Part shown: positions 34,628-44,533 of the stretch, one piece after another
Layout: every line of letters begins with the position of its first letter
Numbering within the stretch: the first letter of the stretch is position 1
Source of the DNA: Escherichia coli
GTDB lineage: Bacteria > Pseudomonadota > Gammaproteobacteria > Enterobacterales > Enterobacteriaceae
NCBI RefSeq assembly: GCF_013122565.1
Contig: NZ_CP053258.1
Length of the DNA stretch: 64,000 nucleotides
Reading direction: 5' to 3' (one strand)
Position numbers and translations under genes: made by a program
Notes under the pieces: model-generated
Seen by the model: the letters and a program-made list of their open reading frames with translations, nothing else
What the model was told of the DNA's origin: nothing
The model's database searches: none

Positions 34628-35754
<1,127 letters not shown>

Positions 35755-35956
35755 TTAATTCGTAAAACGTGCTACCGATCACATTAAGAAATCAGCGCTT
35801 ATTTTTTCGCTCCCCGGTATTACGCAATGAGCAGCGAACTCAGGCATACATCAAGCATAGAGAGGGATTGCAGTTTGCAGCAATCCCTCTTTGCAGACCT
35901 TTAATCCGCTGACCATCGGCGCTAACATAGCGCCTCATTTTTTTGCGGGTGATGAT

Positions 35957-36907
35957 ATGCGTGTGTTACTGGCACCGATGGAGGGAGTGCTTGACTCTCT
36001 GGTGCGTGAATTGCTGACCGAAGTTAACGACTACGATCTGTGCATCACCGAGTTCGTCCGCGTGGTGGATCAACTGCTGCCGGTAAAAGTTTTTCATCGC
36101 ATTTGCCCTGAGCTACAAAACGCCAGCCGGACACCATCCGGTACGCTGGTGCGCGTGCAGTTGTTGGGTCAGTTCCCACAATGGCTGGCAGAGAACGCCT
36201 CCCGTGCGGTGGAATTAGGTTCCTGGGGCGTGGATCTCAATTGCGGCTGCCCGTCGAAAACGGTTAACGGTAGCGGCGGCGGCGCGACGTTACTCAAAGA
36301 TCCTGAACTCATCTACCAGGGTGCAAAAGCGATGCGTGAAGCTGTACCGGCGCATTTGCCCGTCAGCGTGAAAGTGCGTCTGGGCTGGGACAGCGGTGAG
36401 AAGAAATTTGAAATCGCCGATGCGGTTCAACAGGCTGGCGCTACGGAGCTGGTGGTGCATGGGCGGACGAAAGAGCAGGGTTACCGCGCGGAGCATATTG
36501 ACTGGCAGGCGATTGGTGAGATTCGCCAGCGGCTGAATATTCCGGTGATTGCCAACGGTGAAATCTGGGACTGGCAGAGCGCGCAACAATGCATGGCGAT
36601 CAGCGGCTGCGACGCAGTGATGATTGGTCGCGGGGCGCTCAATATTCCCAACCTGAGCCGGGTAGTAAAATATAACGAACCGCGAATGCCGTGGCCGGAG
36701 GTGGTTGCTTTGCTGCAAAAATATACCCGTCTGGAAAAGCAGGGCGATACCGGGTTATATCACGTAGCGCGGATTAAACAGTGGTTGAGTTATTTGCGTA
36801 AAGAATACGCTGAAGCAACAGAATTATTTCAGCATGTTCGGGTGTTGAATAATTCCCCTGATATTGCAAGGGCTATTCAGGCAATTGATATCGATAAGCT
36901 GCGATAA
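35957..36907 (+). CDS. dusC: tRNA-dihydrouridine(16) synthase
   Basis: ORF-track starts at a TTG (35891); ATG at 35957 gives [19 protein letters not shown]... matching DusC. Confidence 0.9.
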   Translation: MRVLLAPMEGVLDSLVRELLTEVNDYDLCITEFVRVVDQLLPVKVFHRICPELQNASRTPSGTLVRVQLLGQFPQWLAENASRAVELGSWGVDLNCGCPSKTVNGSGGGATLLKDPELIYQGAKAMREAVPAHLPVSVKVRLGWDSGEKKFEIADAVQQAGATELVVHGRTKEQGYRAEHIDWQAIGEIRQRLNIPVIANGEIWDWQSAQQCMAISGCDAVMIGRGALNIPNLSRVVKYNEPRMPWPEVVALLQKYTRLEKQGDTGLYHVARIKQWLSYLRKEYAEATELFQHVRVLNNSPDIARAIQAIDIDKLR

Positions 36908-37294
36908 TAGTGGAATCGCAGCTTATCAGAGACAATGAATCGCTTATTCAGCTTCATCATCTTGTTGCGCTCCTTTCATGAACTAAGCCATATATTGCCA
37001 CTGGCGCAAGGAGCGCGCAGGGGGAGGACAATCGCCTCCTCCCCCTGCACCCCCGGGCTCTGGCGAACAAAATCGCCGCTGCGCGGTACCTTCAGCTTAT
37101 CCCCTTCGGCTACCGGGTCGGGCGCGAGGTAACGTCCTTGTAAGACGCGCCCTCAGCCCACATCCATGTGGGCTGTCCCGGCCTTCGGGGAACGCTTCAG
37201 CGATTTTGACGCCACCAACACCGGAGCTGTTTGCAAATCAAGTACACAAAATATCTAGTTCCTGACCTGACAACTTATATGCCATATCTGATTT

Positions 37295-37378
37295 TTAAAA
37301 TATCATCTTAAATACGCCAGTCACCACCAGTAGCCCAATCAGGAAAATAATCAATACAGCCCAGAGTATAATTTTCAT
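37295..37378 (-). CDS. yohP: Small membrane protein YohP (27 aa)
   Basis: Hand translation of the minus strand: MKIILWAVLIIFLIGLLVVTGVFKMIF*, a single hydrophobic helix; below the ORF-track size cut-off; matches YohP from recall. Confidence 0.75.
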   Translation of the reverse strand: MKIILWAVLIIFLIGLLVVTGVFKMIF

Positions 37379-37601
37379 TGGCGTTCCTTTATTTGTGAGT
37401 GCTGAATAAGTATAGGAAAAAACGAAGCCCTTTGCCGTTATCCATAAACGATTAAGATAAATCGGAAGATATCATTCACTTAGTGTATATTTTTCTGGAT
37501 ATGTCGTTTTATTGCTACTGATGTATTGCCACGCGAAACTAAAAAATATATCGCAACACACGGTAATCTCCCCGCACCTTTTCTTACCTGATTATTCCCC
37601 C

Positions 37602-39038
37602 ATGAATCGTGATTCCTTTTATCCAGCCATCGCCTGTTTTCCGCTGTTACTGATGCTGGCCGGATGTGCGCCTATGCATGAAACCCGCCAGGCGTTAAGC
37701 CAGCAAACGCCCGCTGCACAAGTTGACACCGCATTACCCACGGCGCTGAAAAATGGTTGGCCAGACAGCCAATGGTGGCTGGAGTATCACGATAATCAAC
37801 TCACTTCATTAATTAACAATGCACTACAGAACGCACCGGATATGCAGGTGGCTGAACAGCGCATTCAGCTAGCTGAAGCCCAGGCGAAGGCAGTTGCTAC
37901 TCAGGATGGTCCGCAGATCGACTTTTCTGCGGATATGGAGCGGCAAAAAATGTCGGCAGAAGGGCTAATGGGGCCGTTTGCTCTGAACGATCCGGCCGCA
38001 GGTACGACCGGTCCGTGGTACACCAACGGAACTTTTGGCTTAACGGCGGGCTGGCATCTCGATATCTGGGGAAAGAATCGGGCGGAGGTTACTGCCCGCC
38101 TGGGTACGGTTAAAGCACGGGCGGCGGAACGCGAGCAAACCCGCCAATTGCTGGCTGGCAGCGTAGCCCGCCTGTACTGGGAGTGGCAAACCCAGGCGGC
38201 GTTAAACACGGTCTTGCAGCAAATAGAAAAAGAGCAGAACACCATTATCGCGACCGATCGCCAGCTATATCAGAACGGGATTACTTCTTCAGTTGAAGGT
38301 GTGGAAACCGATATTAATGCCAGCAAAACCCGGCAGCAGCTCAACGATGTCGCGGGGAAAATGAAAATTATTGAGGCACGGTTAAGCGCACTTACAAATC
38401 ACCAGACAAAGTCATTGAAGCTTAAACCGGTCGCGTTGCCGAAAGTGGCAAGCCAGCTTCCTGATGAACTGGGGTACTCCTTACTGGCCCGGCGGGCAGA
38501 TTTGCAGGCGGCGCACTGGTACGTTGAGTCATCGTTAAGCACCATTGATGCGGCGAAAGCGGCATTTTATCCTGACATCAACCTGATGGCCTTCCTGCAA
38601 CAGGATGCGTTGCACTTAAGCGATCTGTTCCGTCATTCCGCGCAGCAAATGGGCGTTACGGCAGGCCTGACGCTACCCATTTTCGATAGTGGTCGTCTTA
38701 ACGCAAACCTCGATATCGCAAAAGCCGAAAGCAACTTGTCTATCGCCAGCTACAACAAAGCAGTGGTTGAAGCGGTGAATGACGTGGCGCGGGCAGCCAG
38801 TCAGGTTCAGACACTGGCGGAGAAAAACCAGCATCAGGCGCAAATTGAGCGCGATGCCTTGCGTGTGGTAGGTCTTGCGCAGGCGCGCTTTAACGCGGGC
38901 ATCATTGCTGGTTCCCGTGTCAGCGAAGCCAGAATCCCGGCGCTGCGTGAGCGGGCCAATGGCCTGTTATTGCAAGGGCAGTGGCTGGATGCCTCCATTC
39001 AACTCACTGGTGCGTTGGGCGGGGGTTACAAACGCTGA
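37602..39038 (+). CDS. mdtQ: Outer-membrane efflux lipoprotein (NodT/OprM family), apparently intact
   Basis: ORF-track 37512..39038 is one continuous frame; ATG at 37602 gives MNRDSFYPAIACFPLLLMLAGC (lipobox LAGC); 478 aa. Confidence 0.8.
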   Translation: MNRDSFYPAIACFPLLLMLAGCAPMHETRQALSQQTPAAQVDTALPTALKNGWPDSQWWLEYHDNQLTSLINNALQNAPDMQVAEQRIQLAEAQAKAVATQDGPQIDFSADMERQKMSAEGLMGPFALNDPAAGTTGPWYTNGTFGLTAGWHLDIWGKNRAEVTARLGTVKARAAEREQTRQLLAGSVARLYWEWQTQAALNTVLQQIEKEQNTIIATDRQLYQNGITSSVEGVETDINASKTRQQLNDVAGKMKIIEARLSALTNHQTKSLKLKPVALPKVASQLPDELGYSLLARRADLQAAHWYVESSLSTIDAAKAAFYPDINLMAFLQQDALHLSDLFRHSAQQMGVTAGLTLPIFDSGRLNANLDIAKAESNLSIASYNKAVVEAVNDVARAASQVQTLAEKNQHQAQIERDALRVVGLAQARFNAGIIAGSRVSEARIPALRERANGLLLQGQWLDASIQLTGALGGGYKR

Positions 39039-39090
39039 TGATATGCGCCTTCTATACTTAACGTTTATTCAGCGTTAAGTGGAGAACTCG

Positions 39091-39852
39091 ATGGCACAGG
39101 TCGCGATTATTACCGCCTCCGATTCGGGGATCGGCAAAGAGTGCGCGTTATTACTGGCGCAGCAGGGGTTTGATATTGGCATTACCTGGCACTCAGATGA
39201 AGAAGGGGCAAAAGATACCGCGCGTGAGGTGGTTAGCCATGGCGTACGTGCGGAGATCGTGCAACTGGATCTCGGCAATCTGCCAGAAGGTGCGCAGGCG
39301 CTGGAGAAACTCATTCAACGGCTGGGGCGTATTGATGTGCTGGTGAATAATGCGGGTGCAATGACCAAAGCGCCGTTTCTTGATATGGCTTTCGATGAGT
39401 GGCGCAAGATTTTTACCGTTGATGTTGATGGTGCATTTTTATGCTCGCAAATTGCTGCCCGTCAGATGGTGAAACAAGGGCAGGGCGGTCGCATCATCAA
39501 CATTACGTCGGTACATGAACATACACCGTTGCCGGATGCCAGCGCCTACACAGCCGCTAAACATGCGCTCGGCGGGTTAACCAAAGCGATGGCGCTGGAG
39601 CTGGTCAGGCATAAGATTTTGGTGAACGCAGTCGCACCTGGGGCGATCGCTACGCCAATGAACGGCATGGATGATAGCGACGTGAAGCCCGACGCGGAGC
39701 CTTCGATTCCTCTGCGGCGTTTTGGCGCAACGCATGAGATTGCCAGCCTGGTGGTGTGGCTTTGTTCGGAGGGCGCAAATTACACCACCGGGCAGTCGTT
39801 GATAGTGGATGGCGGCTTTATGTTGGCGAATCCGCAGTTCAACCCAGAATAG
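39091..39852 (+). CDS. yohF: SDR-family oxidoreductase YohF
   Basis: ORF-track starts at a GTG (39079); ATG at 39091 gives 253-aa MAQVAIITASDSGIGKECAL... (TGxxxGIG motif); matches YohF. Confidence 0.9.
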   Translation: MAQVAIITASDSGIGKECALLLAQQGFDIGITWHSDEEGAKDTAREVVSHGVRAEIVQLDLGNLPEGAQALEKLIQRLGRIDVLVNNAGAMTKAPFLDMAFDEWRKIFTVDVDGAFLCSQIAARQMVKQGQGGRIINITSVHEHTPLPDASAYTAAKHALGGLTKAMALELVRHKILVNAVAPGAIATPMNGMDDSDVKPDAEPSIPLRRFGATHEIASLVVWLCSEGANYTTGQSLIVDGGFMLANPQFNPE

Positions 39853-39893
39853 CGCAGTGAGGTGCGTGGTTATTTCAATGGGGAATATTTTGG

Positions 39894-39957
39894 TAGGCAT
39901 GGTAAGACGCGCCAGCAACGCATCAGGCATGTTGGATGCGGCGCGAGCGCCTTACCC
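39894..39957. repeat. REP-like GC-rich palindromic element between convergent yohF and yohD
   Basis: ggtaagacgcgcc ... ggcgcgagcgccttacc imperfect inverted repeats. Confidence 0.45.
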
Positions 39958-39969
39958 AAGGCAATGGTT

Positions 39970-40548
39970 TTACGCCTGATTATCCGGCTTTTTCTTCCCG
40001 CGCCGTTTCAGCCACCAGCGCACGCCTACCACCAGAACCACGACCAGAATCAACCAGACCCAGTGCTTCAAATGCTGATCGAGATTGTGCAACCACGGCG
40101 CAATCACCTGACCACCAGCGTAACCGATAGTGGTAAAAATCAACGCCCAGGCAAATGCGCCGAGGATATTCAGTGGCAGAAAGATTTTCGGCGGCAGCTG
40201 GCTGGCACCAATCAGCGTCGGGCCAATCACCCTAAAGCCATACATAAAACGCGTACCAATGACAAACAGATACGGATGGCGTTGGATAAGTTTCTGCGCC
40301 CGCTCAATTTTATCCTGATGTTTCGAGAAACGGCGTAACAGCTTGCCGCCAAACCGCCGTCCGCACAGATAGAGCACCTGGTCGCCAATCATGCCGCCAA
40401 GCGCTACAGAAAGTACCACCAGCGGGAACTTTAATAGCTCCTGATGTGCCGCAACGCCTCCCAGCAAAGTCACGGTTTCACCTTCCGCCAGGCTACCGAT
40501 CACCAGCGCGGCATAACCATATTGTGAGATGAGTGTATTGAGATCCAT
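39970..40548 (-). CDS. yohD: DedA-family inner-membrane protein YohD
   Basis: ORF-track 39970..40584; internal ATG at 40548 gives 192-aa MDLNTLISQYGYAALVIGSLAEG... Confidence 0.88.
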   Translation of the reverse strand: MDLNTLISQYGYAALVIGSLAEGETVTLLGGVAAHQELLKFPLVVLSVALGGMIGDQVLYLCGRRFGGKLLRRFSKHQDKIERAQKLIQRHPYLFVIGTRFMYGFRVIGPTLIGASQLPPKIFLPLNILGAFAWALIFTTIGYAGGQVIAPWLHNLDQHLKHWVWLILVVVLVVGVRWWLKRRGKKKPDNQA

Positions 40549-40717
40549 AGGCCAGTCTGTCTCCCTTTGGTTGTCTGTAAGCATACACCCTGTGAATCAT
40601 TCACGCTGAAAAAGGACATACATCAGACGGTGCAAATTACATGGGTGAACAAAAAATAATCACAAGCTGGCTTATACTTGAACTGTCAGGTTCATGAACT
40701 CACAACAAGGGGGCGGT

Positions 40718-41305
40718 ATGAGCCATGTCTGGGGACTGTTTTCTCATCCCGATCGTGAAATGCAGGTGATTAATCGCGAAAACGAAACGATTTCTCACCA
40801 TTACACCCACCACGTTTTGCTGATGGCGGCGATTCCGGTGATTTGCGCCTTCATTGGCACTACACAGATTGGCTGGAATTTTGGCGATGGCACTATCCTG
40901 AAGTTATCCTGGTTTACCGGACTGGCGCTGGCTGTCTTGTTTTACGGCGTTATGCTGGCTGGGGTTGCGGTGATGGGGCGGGTCATCTGGTGGATGGCGC
41001 GTAATTATCCGCAGCGTCCGTCACTTGCGCACTGCATGGTCTTCGCGGGCTACGTTGCAACTCCGCTGTTTTTAAGCGGTCTGGTGGCGCTCTACCCGCT
41101 GGTCTGGTTGTGCGCGCTGGTCGGCACGGTGGCACTGTTTTACACCGGTTACCTGCTTTACCTTGGTATTCCGAGCTTCCTGAATATCAACAAAGAGGAA
41201 GGCCTTAGCTTCTCCAGTTCGACGCTGGCGATTGGCGTGCTGGTGCTGGAAGTGCTTCTCGCCCTAACCGTTATACTATGGGGCTACGGTTATCGTTTGT
41301 TCTAG
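40718..41305 (+). CDS. yohC: Yip1-family inner-membrane protein YohC
   Basis: ORF-track 40694..41305; ATG at 40718 after aagggggcgg gives 195-aa MSHVWGLFSHPDREMQVINREN... Confidence 0.88.
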   Translation: MSHVWGLFSHPDREMQVINRENETISHHYTHHVLLMAAIPVICAFIGTTQIGWNFGDGTILKLSWFTGLALAVLFYGVMLAGVAVMGRVIWWMARNYPQRPSLAHCMVFAGYVATPLFLSGLVALYPLVWLCALVGTVALFYTGYLLYLGIPSFLNINKEEGLSFSSSTLAIGVLVLEVLLALTVILWGYGYRLF

Positions 41306-41478
41306 AAAGTTCTTTTGCGTTGCATTGCTGGCGTAAATGTCAGCAATGCAGCATTTCCTCACGATTCTCCTTTGACGATCGCACTTTTTGCTCGTTATGA
41401 TGGCGTCGCTAGCCTCAGTAAATCCTTACTCCGGCGGTGCGCAACCCGTGCGCGTGAACCACTATCTGAATGCTCATC

Positions 41479-42411
41479 ATGCCGAAATTTCGAGTTTCTT
41501 TATTTAGCCTGGCCCTTATGCTGGCTGTGCCTTTTGCACCGCAGGCCGTTGCGAAAACGGCAGCCGCTACCACCGCTTCACAACCGGAAATTGCCTCCGG
41601 TAGCGCGATGATTGTTGATCTGAATACTAACAAAGTGATCTATTCGAACCACCCGGATCTGGTGCGTCCGATTGCGTCTATCAGCAAATTAATGACCGCG
41701 ATGGTTGTGCTGGATGCACGACTGCCGCTGGATGAAAAACTAAAAGTGGATATCAGCCAGACGCCGGAGATGAAAGGGGTCTATTCGCGCGTACGACTGA
41801 ATAGCGAAATCAGCCGTAAAGATATGCTGTTGCTGGCGCTGATGTCTTCAGAAAACCGCGCGGCGGCAAGCCTTGCGCACCATTATCCCGGTGGTTACAA
41901 AGCCTTTATTAAGGCAATGAATGCGAAAGCGAAATCGCTCGGAATGAACAACACGCGCTTTGTTGAACCTACCGGATTGTCGGTGCATAACGTTTCAACT
42001 GCCCGTGACTTAACCAAACTGCTCATTGCCAGCAAACAATATCCGTTGATCGGTCAGTTAAGTACTACCCGGGAAGATATGGCAACCTTCTCTAACCCGA
42101 CGTATACGCTGCCGTTCCGCAATACTAATCATCTGGTGTATCGCGATAACTGGAATATCCAGCTAACCAAAACCGGCTTTACCAATGCGGCGGGCCATTG
42201 TCTGGTGATGCGTACGGTTATCAATAATAAACCGGTGGCGCTGGTAGTGATGGACGCGTTTGGCAAATATACCCATTTTGCCGATGCCAGCCGCCTGCGT
42301 ACCTGGATTGAAACCGGTAAAGTGATGCCTGTTCCGGCAGCAGCGTTGAGCTATAAAAAACAAAAAGCCGCCCAAATGGCGGCGGCGGGGCAGACGGCAC
42401 AGAACGATTAA
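41479..42411 (+). CDS. pbpG: D-alanyl-D-alanine endopeptidase (PBP7)
   Basis: ATG at 41479 gives 310-aa [25 protein letters not shown]...; SxxK motif SISK; matches PbpG. Confidence 0.92.
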
Positions 42412-42414
42412 GAG

Positions 42415-42595
42415 TAGGCAGGATAAGGCGTTTACGCCGCATCCGGCATTCGGAGCACAATGCCTGATGCGATGTTTGCGCATCTTATCAGGCCTACAAA
42501 CGTGACGCGTCCGTAGGCAGGATAAGGCGTTCACGCCGCATCCGGCATCCGGTGCACGCTGGCTGATAAGATGCTTGCGCATCTTATCAGGACTC
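42415..42595. repeat. BIME/REP cluster between convergent pbpG and dld
   Basis: Two copies of gcaggataaggcgtt(t/c)acgccgcatccggcat plus repeated gcgcatcttatcagg units. Confidence 0.75.
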
Positions 42596-42622
42596 CATCT
42601 GCATCATGGCATCCAGCCGTAT

Positions 42623-44338
42623 TTACTCCACTTCCTGCCAGTTTTTCCGCTTACTGGTTTTACCGATCCCCGGATTCATACTGTTGGTCGGATCGTTCTC
42701 GCGATAAAACTTCTGCAACGTCTCCGGTGCTTTATACAAATGACCGACGTTATGCTCGGCAGGGTATTGTGCGCCGCGCTGCTGTAGCAGTTCCAGCATC
42801 TGTTCTTTCAACGCATGCACATCCACGCCTTTTTTAACGATGTAATCCTGATGGAAGACATAGCACATAAAATGGCCGTAATAGAGCTTGTGCACCAGCT
42901 GGCTGTCGATCTCCGGCGGTAAATGCTCATACCATTCGGTGTCGTTACGCCGCAGAGCGATATCCAGCGCCAGAATGTCTTCGACTTCATCGGAATGCAC
43001 CGCCTGATAACGAATTGCTGCGCCCGCAGCGGCGAAACGGTGTAAAAACGCTTTGCTGCCTTCCTCCGGCGTACAGACAAAGAAATCGCCCTCGGCCTGT
43101 TTGAAATAATCCACCAGCCACGATTTGGCTTCACCAACGCCATCGCCCGCCATTTTTAACAGCAGATGATGCTCGTATTTATCGCGCCAGTTTTTCATGC
43201 GCGGCGGTAAATGGCTGGGGAACAGGTGACCGAATTTTTGCATCGCACGGTCAGTAAAATGCGGACGGAAGAATTTCACTTTCTCCAGCATCGCATCGGT
43301 GCGTCCCTTGAGATTAAAGAAGAACGGCATCTTATCGGTGCCTAACTTATCAATCATCAGGAAGGTGTCTTTGCCGTATTTTTCCGCAATATCGTAGATA
43401 TCCCGGTGCATATATTCCCCGGCAACCGGCAGATTTTCGAAGTTAGCCAGAATATGACGGCGGATTTCGGTCAGCACTTCCGGCTGGTTGGTGCCGATAT
43501 AAAACACCTGCTGATTTTTTTCCGCTTCGAAGGTATCAAGACGTACTGCAAAGACGGCCAGCTTCCCGGCGCAACCAGACGATTCAAATAACCGATCCGG
43601 ATCGGCGTTATAACGTGCGGGCGTGTCGGCTTCAATATCACGAACGCGGTGGACATAGTCATAATCGTGGGCGTGACGACCATCGTGACGCACATCGTCA
43701 TCTTTGATGCGATCGTCATCCAGCTTGCTAAGGATCTGCTCCGGCGTTTCGCCCAGATCAATCCCCAGATGGTTCACCAGCGTCAGTTTGCCATCTTCAT
43801 TTATACGCGCGAATAACGACATTTCGGTATACGCCGGGCCACGTTGCACCAGCGAGCCGCCGGAGTTGTTACAAATACCGCCGATAACCGATGCGCCAAT
43901 GCACGATGAACCAATCACCGAGTGCGGTTCGCGTCCCAGCGGTTTGAGGGCTTTTTCCAGCGAATAGAGCGTGGTGCCCGGATAGGCCAGCACCTGTTCG
44001 CCCTTGCCAAGAACGTGCAGCTTGTCGAGACGCAGGGTGCTGATGATCACGATATCGCGATCATAATCGTTACCGTTTGGCGTCGATCCTTCGGTCAGGC
44101 CTGTATTGGCAGCCTGCATCAGAATAATTTTGTCGGCGGTGACGCAGGCTTTCAGCACCCGCCACAATTCCAGTAGTGAGCCAGGGAAAACGACAGCCAG
44201 CGCGTCGCCCTGACCAGAACGGAAGCCCTTGCGATAGCGGGCCGTTTTTGCGGGATCGGTGAGCAGGTGTGAATGACCGACCAGACGGGCAAGTTCATTC
44301 AAAAAGGCTTTATTATCAGTTGTTGTCATGGAAGACAT
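42623..44338 (-). CDS. dld: FAD-dependent D-lactate dehydrogenase (membrane-associated)
   Basis: ORF-track starts at a GTG (44371); ATG at 44338 gives 571-aa MSSMTTTDNKAFLNELARLVG... matching Dld. Confidence 0.93.
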   Translation of the reverse strand: MSSMTTTDNKAFLNELARLVGHSHLLTDPAKTARYRKGFRSGQGDALAVVFPGSLLELWRVLKACVTADKIILMQAANTGLTEGSTPNGNDYDRDIVIISTLRLDKLHVLGKGEQVLAYPGTTLYSLEKALKPLGREPHSVIGSSCIGASVIGGICNNSGGSLVQRGPAYTEMSLFARINEDGKLTLVNHLGIDLGETPEQILSKLDDDRIKDDDVRHDGRHAHDYDYVHRVRDIEADTPARYNADPDRLFESSGCAGKLAVFAVRLDTFEAEKNQQVFYIGTNQPEVLTEIRRHILANFENLPVAGEYMHRDIYDIAEKYGKDTFLMIDKLGTDKMPFFFNLKGRTDAMLEKVKFFRPHFTDRAMQKFGHLFPSHLPPRMKNWRDKYEHHLLLKMAGDGVGEAKSWLVDYFKQAEGDFFVCTPEEGSKAFLHRFAAAGAAIRYQAVHSDEVEDILALDIALRRNDTEWYEHLPPEIDSQLVHKLYYGHFMCYVFHQDYIVKKGVDVHALKEQMLELLQQRGAQYPAEHNVGHLYKAPETLQKFYRENDPTNSMNPGIGKTSKRKNWQEVE

Positions 44339-44533
44339 TTTCCACTCCTTGTGGTGGCGAAAAAATATCACAAACTAGAATAGCGCCTTGTATGACAATT
44401 CAGCGAGTGAATATTTTGAAAATTCAGACAATAAACTGAGCATTCTTTTTCTCTCTCCATCATGCTTATGGCAAACTACGGTTTTTGCACCATTTTCGCT
44501 GCCACGTCGGGCAACAAAGGAAGAAAAATCCAT

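Noticed and set aside
36935-37132. 65-aa ORF in the GC-rich structured block after dusC
   Set aside because: Coincides with strong palindromes, Arg/Pro/Gly-rich C-terminus, no convincing RBS. I first looked here for yohO, but the YohO-like peptide is at 50759-50866.
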